In this document: piece after piece, positions 19,546-28,265 of the stretch | Layout: every line of letters starts with the position of its first letter | Numbering within the stretch: position 1 is the stretch's first letter | Source of the DNA: Escherchia phage Stokescottia | Reading direction: 5' to 3' (one strand) | Length of the DNA: 64,000 bases | Sequence record: OR896820.1 | The notes under the pieces: model-generated | Told to the model about the DNA's origin: nothing | Seen by the model: only the letters and a program-made list of their open reading frames with translations | Database searches by the model: none | Translations under genes and position numbers: made by a program

Positions 19546-19924
19546 ACTATGTCCAGGCTAAAGAAGAACTTTAGAAGGTATTCTAGGATAGTGAAGTTCT
19601 TTCTCCATATCGGAGTAGTTTTTCAAGCTATCCACAAAGTGGGAAATGCTGACATGAGAGATGTCACTAATGGTGCACAATAGCACAGGTAATTCGCGAT
19701 AATTCCTGTTGAGTAGCAGCAAAAGGCGGGAAGTCATGACCCCAAGCCTAACCGAGTCCTCAATATACCGCAGGACATAACCACTAAGTCACCCTGACTT
19801 AAACTGGAAAATAATAGACGTTACCGTATTTTGTCTTGAAATACTTAATGAGTGGGACTTATGACTCTCCCGGTATCGTCTGTATTTTTAAGAGTTTTTA
19901 CGAGAGTTCTTAAAAATACTTAAA

Positions 19925-19999
19925 CGGGGTGTAGTCTAAGGGAGAGGCAGGAGTCTTCTAAATTCCTTTATGCAGGTTCGAATCCTGTCACCTCGGCCA
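19925..19999 (+). tRNA. tRNA-Arg (anticodon TCT)
   Basis: Manual cloverleaf: acceptor CGGGGTG/CACCTCG, anticodon loop CTTCTAA, T-loop TTCGAAT, discriminator G, CCA encoded. Confidence 0.75.
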
Positions 20000-20033
20000 A
20001 TTTTATTAACTGTAACTAAAACAAAGGAAATAT

Positions 20034-20981
20034 ATGTTTGCTACTAAAAACACTAAAGAACTGACTTATGAGCAAAAATTAATGCGTAATATCAAACGTT
20101 GGGGTATTGGGGCTGCAGTTGGTTTGGTAGGTTTAGTTCTGGCTCTTAACTCTTACACTGTTGTTCAAGACGGTACTGTTAAAACCCAGACTTTCCTGGG
20201 TAAAGTTGACCCTAGCCCAGTATTACCCGGCTTTCATATTGTAAATCCTTTTGCTTCTTTCGATACTTTTAGTACTAAAGATATTGCTCTAAAATTAGAT
20301 AAACTTCAGGTTCCTAGTCAGGATAAGTTTAAATCCACTGTTGACCTGACTGTTATGTTGCAGTTTGATGGTTCTAAGGCACCGATTAACCGTATTAATG
20401 CAGGTACTCAGGATCAAGCATTAGACAAATATGTAACTGAAAAATTACTGTCTACTATTCGTGAGTTTGGTAAGTCTGTACCTAAAGCACAAGATTTATT
20501 TGATGCTAAAATTCAGGCTCAATTGCAAACTGCAATTCAACAGGAAGTTGAAGAGTATGCACGCCCATATGGTTACACAGTTAAGCAGGTGTTTCTTCAG
20601 GATATTACTTTGCCACCGGTAATCATGGAACAGGTACAGAATACCAAAGTTCGTGAAGAGCAAGTTAATGCTGCGAAAGCTGAGCTTGCTCGTGTTGAAC
20701 AGGAAGCACAGCAAAAAGTTAAACAAGCAGAAGCAGATCGTGAAGCTCGCAATAACCAAGCTATTGCTAATGAACGTGACGCAGATGCTAAACTGTACGC
20801 AGCTAAGAAAGAAGCTGAAGCTAACGCCGCACTGCAACGTACCATTACTCCTGAGATGATTCGTTGGAAACAACTGGAAGTTGAGATGATTCGTGCTCAG
20901 AAATATCAAGGTGGTGTACCTCAGACTGTAGTTGGCACTGGCTATGATGGTCAAATGATCATGGATATGCGTAACAAGTAA
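20034..20981 (+). CDS. SPFH/band-7 (prohibitin/HflC-like) membrane protein
   Basis: N-terminal TM helix, SPFH-like core, long Ala/Glu/Gln-rich coiled coil. Confidence 0.65.
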   Translation: MFATKNTKELTYEQKLMRNIKRWGIGAAVGLVGLVLALNSYTVVQDGTVKTQTFLGKVDPSPVLPGFHIVNPFASFDTFSTKDIALKLDKLQVPSQDKFKSTVDLTVMLQFDGSKAPINRINAGTQDQALDKYVTEKLLSTIREFGKSVPKAQDLFDAKIQAQLQTAIQQEVEEYARPYGYTVKQVFLQDITLPPVIMEQVQNTKVREEQVNAAKAELARVEQEAQQKVKQAEADREARNNQAIANERDADAKLYAAKKEAEANAALQRTITPEMIRWKQLEVEMIRAQKYQGGVPQTVVGTGYDGQMIMDMRNK

Positions 20982-21004
20982 TAGTTACACGTAATCTTCG
21001 AACT

Positions 21005-21040
21005 AAGCCCGCGTTTTCTCCGAGAGCGCGGGCTTTTCTG
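21005..21040. terminator. bidirectional terminator hairpin 1
   Basis: AAGCCCGCG...CGCGGGCTT followed by TTTTCTG; between convergent genes. Confidence 0.6.
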
Positions 21041-21057
21041 TATTTAAGGAAAAAGAA

Positions 21058-21095
21058 AAAGCCCCTTACCTTTCGGCAGGGGCTTTTGTTTTTTG
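21058..21095. terminator. bidirectional terminator hairpin 2
   Basis: A-run, GCCCCT...AGGGGC, then T-run. Confidence 0.65.
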
Positions 21096-21301
21096 GTTTA
21101 GAACCACACTCTCGGTGTACAGCAACCACCTATATGGGAGGCCAACCTTGACTGAAAATCTACTCTAGGGGGCAGGATAAGAGTAGGCTTAAAGGCAAAC
21201 GGATTGAACGCCGGTATTTGCGTAAACATTGCTGGAGAGCAACAACGTGCTACAGGCATTGGGCAGCACGAAACAGATTTTCTGCAACACATAATTCCTC
21301 C

Positions 21302-21718
21302 TTAGGAGTTATTACCACCATTTTGAGCTTTTGCAACTTGGCTTTGGCAGAAGCTATTAAACTTACCCATAAGTGATACAAGCTGCTTCCCGTCCTCTGT
21401 CTTTGCGAAGTCTTCGAAAAGGGCTAGTACTGCCTGTCCTTCCGCAGAAACCTGCGGTTGTTGGGTTTGTTGCTGAACTTGCTGCTGCGGCATCTGTTGC
21501 TGCATTTGTTGAGGCATTTGCGACTGCCCGCTCATTTGCTGCATCATTTGCATAGGACTCACACTTCCAGGGTTTTGCTGGAGTTGTTGCTGCATCTGTT
21601 GCGCTTCTGCTAAACGCTGTTGCAACTGTTGTAAGTAGGGGTTATCCAGACCCGGCATGGGCTGCTGGGAGCCCATACTTTGATTAAGTCCGTTATTTAC
21701 AAAACCATATTTACTCAT
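21302..21718 (-). CDS. Gln/Met-rich low-complexity protein
   Basis: 138 aa with QQLQQ/MQQQ repeats; clean start with RBS. Confidence 0.55.
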   Translation of the reverse strand: MSKYGFVNNGLNQSMGSQQPMPGLDNPYLQQLQQRLAEAQQMQQQLQQNPGSVSPMQMMQQMSGQSQMPQQMQQQMPQQQVQQQTQQPQVSAEGQAVLALFEDFAKTEDGKQLVSLMGKFNSFCQSQVAKAQNGGNNS

Positions 21719-21739
21719 AATGGGCTCCTCCCCTTAATA

Positions 21740-22732
21740 TTAAGCCGGCAGTTTAGCCTGCAGACCAGCCAGAGTCTGAGTGATAGCACCAAGACTTAAA
21801 GCGATTTGATTAATTACCTGACCGTTAGCACCGCTACCCGCAGCGATTGCTTCACGTAGGCGACATGCATCTAACTCATCCTGGATACGCGCAGTAGTTA
21901 CACCAGCGATCGCAGTCTGAAGCTCACAGCAGCACTCAGCAAGCTGGCGTTCGATAGAGTTCTGGTTAGCACACATCTGAGCCTGAACAGCGGCAAACTG
22001 GTTATTAGTTTGTAAAGTCTGCTGGAAAGCGATCTGTGCAGAATCAAACTTATCTTGTGCACGAGCTATCTGGTTAGCTGCGAAAGATTGATCAATCTGG
22101 CGAGAAAGATCGAACTGACCCTGAATAACGTTGCGAGTTTCCTGGCAGATCTGATTAGACAGATTAGCACCTGTACCATAGATCGTAGTTAGTACAGACT
22201 GAGTATCACGGCTCTGGTTTTGGGATGTCTGGCTAAAACCATTGTTAACTGCGCTTAAAACAGCTCCAGTACCCTGGTTAGCTTCTGTACGAGTAGTGTT
22301 AATAGCTGCTAGAATACTAGCGGTATCTTGGTTCTGAAGTACTGCATCAACTGCGGTACCTTCACCAACTATACCACGTCCACCGAATCCACCGAAACCA
22401 CCGAATCCGCCTGTTAATAGAGCACCGATTAGGATAGCTCCGAATAGTCCCATACCTTCACCACCGAAAGCGCCTGCGTTTGCTGGGTAACCACCCATTA
22501 GGCCAGGGAAGCCACTAGTGAATACGTTTACTGGTTCTTGCATTTTACGTTTTCCATATTTATGACAATACTCATCATCGTCATCTTCTTCATCATCTTC
22601 ATCGTGTTCACGATGTTTCTCTTCGTAGGCTCTGACCTTCTCCCACTTTTTCTTATCTGATTCCTCGTGACGGTGCAGTTCTGCTGCAACGCTAGCGACG
22701 GTCTCAGGACTCTTAGCTACTTCTTCTGTCAT
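21740..22732 (-). CDS. Gly/Gln/Ala-rich low-complexity protein with acidic N-terminus and Cys cluster
   Basis: Start at 22732 (MTEEV) after RBS AGGAGGTG; DEDDEEDDDDE stretch, GGFGGFGGFGG repeats, CCCELQ. Confidence 0.55.
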   Translation of the reverse strand: MTEEVAKSPETVASVAAELHRHEESDKKKWEKVRAYEEKHREHDEDDEEDDDDEYCHKYGKRKMQEPVNVFTSGFPGLMGGYPANAGAFGGEGMGLFGAILIGALLTGGFGGFGGFGGRGIVGEGTAVDAVLQNQDTASILAAINTTRTEANQGTGAVLSAVNNGFSQTSQNQSRDTQSVLTTIYGTGANLSNQICQETRNVIQGQFDLSRQIDQSFAANQIARAQDKFDSAQIAFQQTLQTNNQFAAVQAQMCANQNSIERQLAECCCELQTAIAGVTTARIQDELDACRLREAIAAGSGANGQVINQIALSLGAITQTLAGLQAKLPA

Positions 22733-22939
22733 TTTTTGACACCTCCTAGTATATAGAAAATGTGTGTCTCTTTGATCACTCATCCATAACATATACTTTA
22801 CACTACCCCAGCGAAAATGTCAAGGGGTCTTTAAAAATTGCCCCTGGATTTTTAGTGGGGTCACAAATTTTGGTCCTCACCACTTATCTGCTACCCTTAA
22901 GTGCCCTATGATTTTCCTCTAAAAAGTTAAAAAATTTGA

Positions 22940-22968
22940 TTGCTTGAATGCTAAATTCTCTGTATAAT
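22940..22968 (+). promoter_or_regulatory. sigma70-type early promoter
   Basis: TTGCTT 22940-22945, TATAAT 22963-22968. Confidence 0.6.
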
Positions 22969-22995
22969 ATATCTATAAATTTGAGAGAGGAACCA

Positions 22996-23517
22996 AATAT
23001 GAATGTTGATGAGCTAACACAGCACCTCTTATCTAGAGGATTTGATACAGATAAATATCATTGCTGGTTAAGTCCGGAAGGGTGGCTAACAGTCCCGTTG
23101 TATGATTTCTCTGGAATGTTGAGGGGCTATCAAACTTATAATCCTTCTGCTCCAAAAGGTCATGGTAAGTGCCCCTTTGAAGCTAAATACTTTACTTATT
23201 CTACTACACAGTGTGTATGGGGACTAGAAACTCTCAATGGGGATGAAAAAGTAGTATTGATTGCTGAATCTGTATTTAAGGCAGTTGCATTACATAATGC
23301 TGGTTATCCAGCCCTAGCAATGTTAGGTTCTTCTCCAGGAAAAGCGTTATTAAAGCAACTGAAATTACTACCCTTTAAATTGGTAGCTGTCGGGGATAAT
23401 GATCCTGCGGGTGAAAAATTTGCTAGAAAATTAAACGGCTTTGTTTCTCCCGTAGATGTGGATGAGATGTCTACCGAAAACTTGAAAAATTTTCTTGCTA
23501 TGAAGCTAAATTTCTAA
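22996..23517 (+). CDS. hypothetical protein (possible Toprim-like fold)
   Basis: Start at 22996 after promoter/RBS; VVLIAES....VGDNDPAG resembles Toprim E...DxD. Confidence 0.45.
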   Translation, partial: NMNVDELTQHLLSRGFDTDKYHCWLSPEGWLTVPLYDFSGMLRGYQTYNPSAPKGHGKCPFEAKYFTYSTTQCVWGLETLNGDEKVVLIAESVFKAVALHNAGYPALAMLGSSPGKALLKQLKLLPFKLVAVGDNDPAGEKFARKLNGFVSPVDVDEMSTENLKNFLAMKLNF

Positions 23518-23523
23518 TATAAT
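23495..23523 (+). promoter_or_regulatory. sigma70-type promoter inside the 3' end of the upstream CDS, driving tRNAs
   Basis: TTGCTA 23495-23500, TATAAT 23518-23523. Confidence 0.5.
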
Positions 23524-23538
23524 ATATCTTATAAATTC

Positions 23539-23627
23539 GGAAGAATAGCATAACGGTATTGCAGCAGATTGCTAATCTGTCGGTTTGAAATATAGCCTTG
23601 TGGGTTCGATTCCCACTTCTTCCGCCA
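23539..23627 (+). tRNA. tRNA-Ser (anticodon GCT), long variable arm
   Basis: Acceptor GGAAGAA/TTCTTCC, loop TTGCTAA, long variable arm, discriminator G, CCA. Confidence 0.75.
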
Positions 23628-23632
23628 AATTT

Positions 23633-23710
23633 GGTTCTCAAGCTCATATGGTATGAGCACCCGGCTCATAACCGGAAGGTACGTAGGTTCGAATCCTCGG
23701 GGAGCCACCA
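23633..23710 (+). tRNA. tRNA with CAT anticodon (Met or Ile-lysidine type)
   Basis: Acceptor GGTTCTC/GGGAGCC, loop CTCATAA; T-stem only 3 clean pairs; discriminator A, CCA. Confidence 0.55.
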
Positions 23711-23728
23711 ATTAAATAGAGGTCACAA

Positions 23729-23917
23729 ATGGATCTATATATAGTTTATGTTGTGTTTATTCAAGATAGAGAATACCCGGATGAATATAAAAAAGGATAT
23801 AGGTTAGCCAGAGCTACATCTGAAGCCCAAGCTATGGATAAAGTGGCGGATTATATGATTACGGTAGAAAACGTACACTATATCGACTACCTTGAAGCCT
23901 CAAAAGTAATTGACTAA
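23729..23917 (+). CDS. hypothetical protein
   Basis: ORF track. Confidence 0.45.
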   Translation: MDLYIVYVVFIQDREYPDEYKKGYRLARATSEAQAMDKVADYMITVENVHYIDYLEASKVID

Positions 23918-23926
23918 GGAGACTAT

Positions 23927-24112
23927 ATGTCTAAGTTTCAAGAACTCAAGCAAGAGCTAGAAGAATGTGCCTGCCCTGAGTGTAGGGGAATTGGTGAAAG
24001 TTCTGATGCAGAAGCAGGAGATACTTTTTGCAATATCTGGGTTTGCCCAAATTGCAAGGGTACAGGTATTAATCCTAACTGCGGTATTTCCCTAGATATT
24101 GAACGAGGATAA
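23927..24112 (+). CDS. Cys-rich small protein (possible zinc ribbon)
   Basis: CPEC...CPNC pattern. Confidence 0.45.
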   Translation: MSKFQELKQELEECACPECRGIGESSDAEAGDTFCNIWVCPNCKGTGINPNCGISLDIERG

Positions 24113-24213
24113 TACCTGTGAAACTAAAAGATTATTATATTGGTTGGTTTGTAGGACTAGTAGTAGGATTTTCACTAGGCTATAATATGTATCAACTAAT
24201 AAACTGATTACAC

Positions 24214-24290
24214 GGGGGTGTAATCGAATTGGCATAGGTACTGGACTTAAAATTCAGGTTTTGTGGGTTCGAATCCCACCACCACTACCA
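24214..24290 (+). tRNA. tRNA-Leu (anticodon TAA), type-I-like scaffold
   Basis: Acceptor GGGGGTG/CACCACT (one mismatch), 3-bp D-stem with 11-nt loop GAATTGGCATA, loop CTTAAAA, discriminator A, CCA; paralog of 28714..28790 with covarying pair 12:24. Confidence 0.6.
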
Positions 24291-24465
24291 AATTAAGGAA
24301 ATAAGATGTATAGACATCCACCTCCGCCAACACGTCGTTCTAGAGAAGTTATTCTCATGGAATTGACTAAAAACTTCAAGGCAACCCTTGAAGATAGAGA
24401 TCTAGGCACGGATGAAGACATTGATTTTATTTGTAGACTATTAAAGATGAAACTGGAGAAACAAC

Positions 24466-24672
24466 ATGGCTAATCCTGAAATTACCGCACAACGTTTCAT
24501 GCTTAAAGGTATGATTGCTGAGGCGGGTATAACTCAAGAGGTTGCAGATTTTCATAAGCAATTTCTTGATATTATAACTCTAGCTAAAGAGACTGGAGAA
24601 AAAGAGCACGGAGCAGCAATTATGGCTATATCTCTTATTAGTCTAGACTTGGCTGAAGAATCTGGAGTTTAG
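24466..24672 (+). CDS. hypothetical protein
   Basis: ORF track. Confidence 0.45.
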   Translation: MANPEITAQRFMLKGMIAEAGITQEVADFHKQFLDIITLAKETGEKEHGAAIMAISLISLDLAEESGV

Positions 24673-24702
24673 CTCCTCCAAACAGAATTTTTAAAAATGT
24701 AC

Positions 24703-24732
24703 TTGCCTTTTGCTTTAAATTTCTGGTATAAT
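24703..24732 (+). promoter_or_regulatory. sigma70-type early promoter
   Basis: TTGCCT 24703-24708, TATAAT 24727-24732. Confidence 0.5.
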
Positions 24733-24762
24733 AATTATATAAATTGATGAAGGAGTTAACTA

Positions 24763-25038
24763 ATGCAAAATCGTGTTATAGCTGCTGGTATTGAAAGTGC
24801 AATCTGTAAATCCTGGGAAGGCTGGGAAGGTGAGATTGAATGGCTTTATTTCTACGATGTAGAACTTCTGCCGGAAATTAAAGCTAAATGTATTGAAGCT
24901 GGCATGGCTCCAGATGCAAAAGCTGATATTGATATTTCAATGTCTGAACTTAAAGGTCGTGTAATCACTGTTAGTGATGAGGGCGAAGAAGTTTTTGAAC
25001 TTCCGTTCTCCTTAACTGTCACTCCTAAGTTCGACTAA
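24763..25038 (+). CDS. hypothetical protein
   Basis: ORF track. Confidence 0.5.
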   Translation: MQNRVIAAGIESAICKSWEGWEGEIEWLYFYDVELLPEIKAKCIEAGMAPDAKADIDISMSELKGRVITVSDEGEEVFELPFSLTVTPKFD

Positions 25039-25074
25039 CTAATACAGCATTGGGCAAGTTCTTTAAAATTTGAC

Positions 25075-25103
25075 TTGCCCAATACTATAAAACTTGATAT
25101 AAT
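25075..25103 (+). promoter_or_regulatory. sigma70-type promoter upstream of tRNA block
   Basis: TTGCCC 25075-25080, TATAAT 25098-25103. Confidence 0.5.
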
Positions 25104-25169
25104 ATTTATCTAATTTGGAAACATATTTAAAAGTGTTTAAATGAGAATTTTTTGAATACTTCTAAATAT

Positions 25170-25257
25170 GGGGAAATATTCTGTAAGTGGTAGCAGAGCT
25201 GACTGTAAATCAGTTGTCATTGCGACTCGGGTGGTTCGACTCCATCTTTCCCCACCA
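25170..25257 (+). tRNA. tRNA-Tyr (anticodon GTA), long variable arm
   Basis: Acceptor GGGGAAA/TTTCCCC, loop CTGTAAA, discriminator A, CCA. Confidence 0.75.
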
Positions 25258-25264
25258 ATTTAAT

Positions 25265-25339
25265 GCACCTATCGTCTAGCGGTTAGGACACCACTCTTTC
25301 ACAGTGGGAACACGAGTTCGATCCTCGTTGGGTGTGCCA
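25265..25339 (+). tRNA. tRNA-Glu (anticodon TTC)
   Basis: Acceptor GCACCTA/TGGGTGT, loop CTTTCAC, discriminator G, CCA. Confidence 0.75.
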
Positions 25340-25348
25340 ATTAATAAT

Positions 25349-25419
25349 TGGGGTACGCATAGGTTGCAAATGGGCCTCCAAAACCCATGAAAAGGTTTCG
25401 AATACCTTTACCCCTGCCA
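25349..25419 (+). tRNA. tRNA-Trp-like (anticodon CCA), compact D-arm
   Basis: 71 nt; T-arm AAGGT-TTCGAAT-ACCTT, CCA-containing anticodon loop (7 or 9 nt depending on register), 1:72 mismatch, discriminator G, CCA. Confidence 0.45.
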
Positions 25420-25425
25420 AAATTT

Positions 25426-25500
25426 GCACCTTTAGCTGAGATGGATTAGCGCTTGCCTGAAGAGCTTGAGAGGTTCGTTCGATACGAACAGGGTGCACCA
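25426..25500 (+). tRNA. tRNA-Phe-like (anticodon GAA)
   Basis: Acceptor GCACCTT/AGGGTGC, loop CTGAAGA, two U-U mismatches in anticodon stem, discriminator A, CCA. Confidence 0.5.
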
Positions 25501-25782
25501 AATTGAAGGAGCTGCTGATGCATCCTGAAAACTTCTTTATTTACTGCGCGGATAAGTCGCTGAAACGTAGAATTAACAAAGTCTATCATTATCGTGCTAG
25601 TCAACAGCCTTATGTATATGCTTTTGACGGTGATCACATTCCCCTAGAACAATTATCTTGTGATTACATGATATTGAAGAACTTTGACGAGACGAAGATC
25701 TCAAGCGTTCATAATCGACAGAATCCATTAACGTGGAAATATAAGAAGAAAAAGAAAGGCATCAAATTCTTAAAAAATGTAG

Positions 25783-25811
25783 TTGCTTAGTTTCCAAAAG
25801 TTCTGTATAAT
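25783..25811 (+). promoter_or_regulatory. sigma70-type early promoter
   Basis: TTGCTT 25783-25788, TATAAT 25806-25811. Confidence 0.6.
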
Positions 25812-25840
25812 AATTACATAAATTGAACTGGAGAAGCAAC

Positions 25841-26065
25841 ATGACAGAACAAGAATTGAATGAACGTAAGCTGGTAATGCTTCGCTTACTAAATATTTTC
25901 TCTGGTATGGACGGTGGAATTGACTTTGTTCTTCTACGTTCTTTCGTAGAAGAAGCCGAAGGCGAATCTATCACTAAAATCCTTAAACACATGGGATTAC
26001 TTTTAGATGCTGCTAATGTGGCTACTGAATATAAACTAGAAGATCTACCGGAGCGTGTTAAATGA
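25841..26065 (+). CDS. hypothetical protein
   Basis: ATG at 25841 after promoter; ORF track 25823..26065. Confidence 0.5.
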   Translation: MTEQELNERKLVMLRLLNIFSGMDGGIDFVLLRSFVEEAEGESITKILKHMGLLLDAANVATEYKLEDLPERVK

Positions 26066-26253
26066 AACGATTAGTTAGATTTAAGTGTTGTGGTTCTGAA
26101 CATACTTTCACACATCTTCGTGAATTTAAAATGTGTGATTGTGGTAAATCAGGCTATGACTCAGGAGATGGGTTCTACACCCGTACTCTAGGGAACTTCA
26201 ATGATCTAGAATTTGAAGATCTCGAAAAACAAGATAAATCGACCGTTGGCTGA
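26062..26253 (+). CDS. Cys-rich small protein
   Basis: CCGSEH...CDCG; 3' end overlaps tRNA-Cys by 14 nt. Confidence 0.45.
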   Translation: MKRLVRFKCCGSEHTFTHLREFKMCDCGKSGYDSGDGFYTRTLGNFNDLEFEDLEKQDKSTVG

Positions 26254-26315
26254 ATGGCTTAGGCGAAGGATTGCAAATCCTTTTTATGTGAGTTCAAATC
26301 TCATGCGGTCGTCCA
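26240..26315 (+). tRNA. tRNA-Cys (anticodon GCA)
   Basis: Acceptor CGACCGT/GCGGTCG, loop TTGCAAA, discriminator T, CCA. Confidence 0.75.
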
Positions 26316-26467
26316 ATTTGCTGAAAGAATTGTTAAATCAATTCAGGCACGCGTAGGAACACTGTCTCCGTAATTGAAAGATGGGGCACGGTTTGGAGAG
26401 GTATGCCGCTACACGCTACGGTGCTAACTCCGTCTAGGTGAAAATCCTAGTCAGCAATGTAAATTTA

Positions 26468-26550
26468 GGGTCGTTAGCCAAGCGGTTTGGCGGCGGATTG
26501 TTAATCCGTGTCGAAAGACAACGTAGGTTCGAATCCTACACGGCCCGCCA
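26468..26550 (+). tRNA. tRNA-Asn (anticodon GTT) with 13-nt variable arm
   Basis: Acceptor GGGTCGT/ACGGCCC, D-stem GCCA/TGGC, loop TTGTTAA, variable stem-loop GTC-GAAA-GAC, discriminator G, CCA. Confidence 0.6.
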
Positions 26551-26652
26551 AATTCTGTGTAGAGTTAAGTAAACCGGTAGCCAATCAGCTATCATTGCTG
26601 ACATCGAATTCAGCCACAGATACCATTTTCATTAATAACTGAGGAAACAAGC

Positions 26653-26838
26653 ATGTCCAAGAATGTAATTGCACAGTTAGAAGTTCATCGTGATAGCACT
26701 ATCAACAATATTGAAGTTGAGAAGAAATACATCGAAGAACTTAAACATGATATACTAGTAAGTCTTAATCGTCTTAATGTACGAAAAGAGTTTCTTAAAG
26801 AACTTAATGCAGCTATTGAAAAACTCAAAGCTGAGTAA
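26653..26838 (+). CDS. hypothetical protein
   Basis: ORF track; coiled-coil-like. Confidence 0.45.
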   Translation: MSKNVIAQLEVHRDSTINNIEVEKKYIEELKHDILVSLNRLNVRKEFLKELNAAIEKLKAE

Positions 26839-26847
26839 ATGAATTAT

Positions 26848-26924
26848 GCGACCGGGGCTGGCTTGGTAATGGTACTCCCCTGTCACGGGAGGGAATGTGG
26901 GTTCAAATCCCATCGGTCGCGCCA
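26848..26924 (+). tRNA. tRNA-Asp (anticodon GTC)
   Basis: Acceptor GCGACCG/CGGTCGC, loop CTGTCAC, discriminator G, CCA. Confidence 0.75.
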
Positions 26925-26950
26925 AACTAAACTAGCACGAGAAAAATGCT

Positions 26951-27298
26951 ATGATTAATGCTAAAGAAGAATTGTTACTTGCCCTAAAGAATACTAATTC
27001 TGAAGTTAAGTGTATTAAGATAGAATTCGGTTATTATGGGGACAAAGAAGTTTGGGTATTACCCGTAGGTTATACAGAAAAAGATATTGAAGATTTTCTA
27101 AATAATCTAGACTTTAAATATGATTCTGGTTTCGGTGGACAATTGCTTTATGGTAACGTATGGTTTACTGATGGAACTTGGTTAGAACGTGGTGAATATG
27201 ATGGTTCTGAATGGTGGGAGTATAAGACTACACCAGCAATCCCTGAGGAATGCCGAACAATTAATGGTGAGGTAGATAATACTTTACGGTTAAACTAA
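26951..27298 (+). CDS. hypothetical protein
   Basis: ORF track. Confidence 0.5.
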   Translation: MINAKEELLLALKNTNSEVKCIKIEFGYYGDKEVWVLPVGYTEKDIEDFLNNLDFKYDSGFGGQLLYGNVWFTDGTWLERGEYDGSEWWEYKTTPAIPEECRTINGEVDNTLRLN

Positions 27299-27420
27299 TA
27301 AAATTTCAGTGCAGAACACGGAGCTAGCAATTCGGAAGTGCTGACTCATGATAAGCTGCCTATGTACTTGCGAAGCGGTCGTGTCCAAGACTCGGACTCT
27401 TGCACTGAAAACAATCAAAC

Positions 27421-27540
27421 ATTCTAGCGTGGTTGATGGGGAAACCAGCTTGGCGAGGGCAGAAGCTCGTTCGATTCGAGTGAAAGAATGGTTCTCGTAA
27501 GTCCGCACAAGTGATAACAGGTTCGAGTCCTGTCTAGAAT
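27421..27540 (+). ncRNA. tRNA-like element with ~45-nt internal insertion (no encoded CCA)
   Basis: Perfect 7-bp acceptor ATTCTAG/CTAGAAT, D-arm TGGT...ACCA, T-arm ACAGG-TTCGAGT-CCTGT, 120 nt with internal hairpins. Confidence 0.35.
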
Positions 27541-27690
27541 GACACTATAAAGTTTACTTATTATGTAGGTTCCGGTAGATCGGCGGGTCTATTCTGGCAT
27601 TTAAGAGAGGTCTCGCAAACTTCTTTGTCAGCCGTGGGGTTGGTAGCCTCCAGGCGGCCTACACAATAAGTAAATTTATTAAAAATTCAT

Positions 27691-27719
27691 TTGCTATTCT
27701 GCTTAATTCTCTGTATAAT
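27691..27719 (+). promoter_or_regulatory. sigma70-type early promoter
   Basis: TTGCTA 27691-27696, TATAAT 27714-27719. Confidence 0.6.
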
Positions 27720-27904
27720 ATATTTTATAAAGTGAAGAGAAGGAAAGCAAAATGAAACACAAGATAGCTCAAGTTTTTATGGCATTATGGTGTATGCCAA
27801 TAGCTGTAACAGCTTTTAATCTAGATACTTTTACTATAGAAGAAAAATATATCGGATTAGTTAGCGGCTTTAGTATACTTGGCTTATCTTTGTTGTGGTT
27901 GAAG

Positions 27905-27982
27905 AAATAATATTCTCCGTGTAGCTCAGTTTGGCCAGAGCGTTTCGTTTGGGGCGATAGGGTCGGGGGTTCAAATCCTCCC
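27905..27982 (+). tRNA. tRNA-Pro (anticodon TGG)
   Basis: Acceptor CTCCGTG/CACGGAG, D-stem GCTC/GAGC, loop TTTGGGG, discriminator A, CCA. Confidence 0.7.
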
Positions 27983-27988
27983 ACGGAG

Positions 27989-28066
27989 ACCAAACAATTG
28001 CGGGTTAGATCTCTGGTAGAGATCGCTAGTCTCATAAGCTAGAAAGAGGTAGGTTCGATTCCTGCA
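27989..28066 (+). tRNA. tRNA with CAT anticodon (Met or Ile-lysidine type)
   Basis: Acceptor TGCGGGT/ACCCGCT (1:72 U-U), D-stem ATCT/AGAT, loop CTCATAA, discriminator T, CCA. Confidence 0.55.
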
Positions 28067-28265
28067 CCCGCTTCCATTTTAATAGGGGATTTCGAAATGA
28101 AAGTATTTCGATTAGTAGTAAGTGACAAACGTTTAGGTAAGAATACCTCAAAATCATTACTTGCTCATTATGGTAAAAATTGGGATGAAGTAATGGTAGA
28201 GTTTAATACTAATCACCCTTACTTGAAAGTTCACTCTATTAAAGAAGTATACAATGGTTACTAAT

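Noticed and set aside
20496-21555. ORFs antisense to or embedded in the SPFH gene and the Gln-rich gene (20496..20954, 20597..20845, 20653..20859, 21098..21292, 21373..21555)
   Set aside because: Low-complexity translations produced by repetitive codon usage on the opposite strand; no start-site context.
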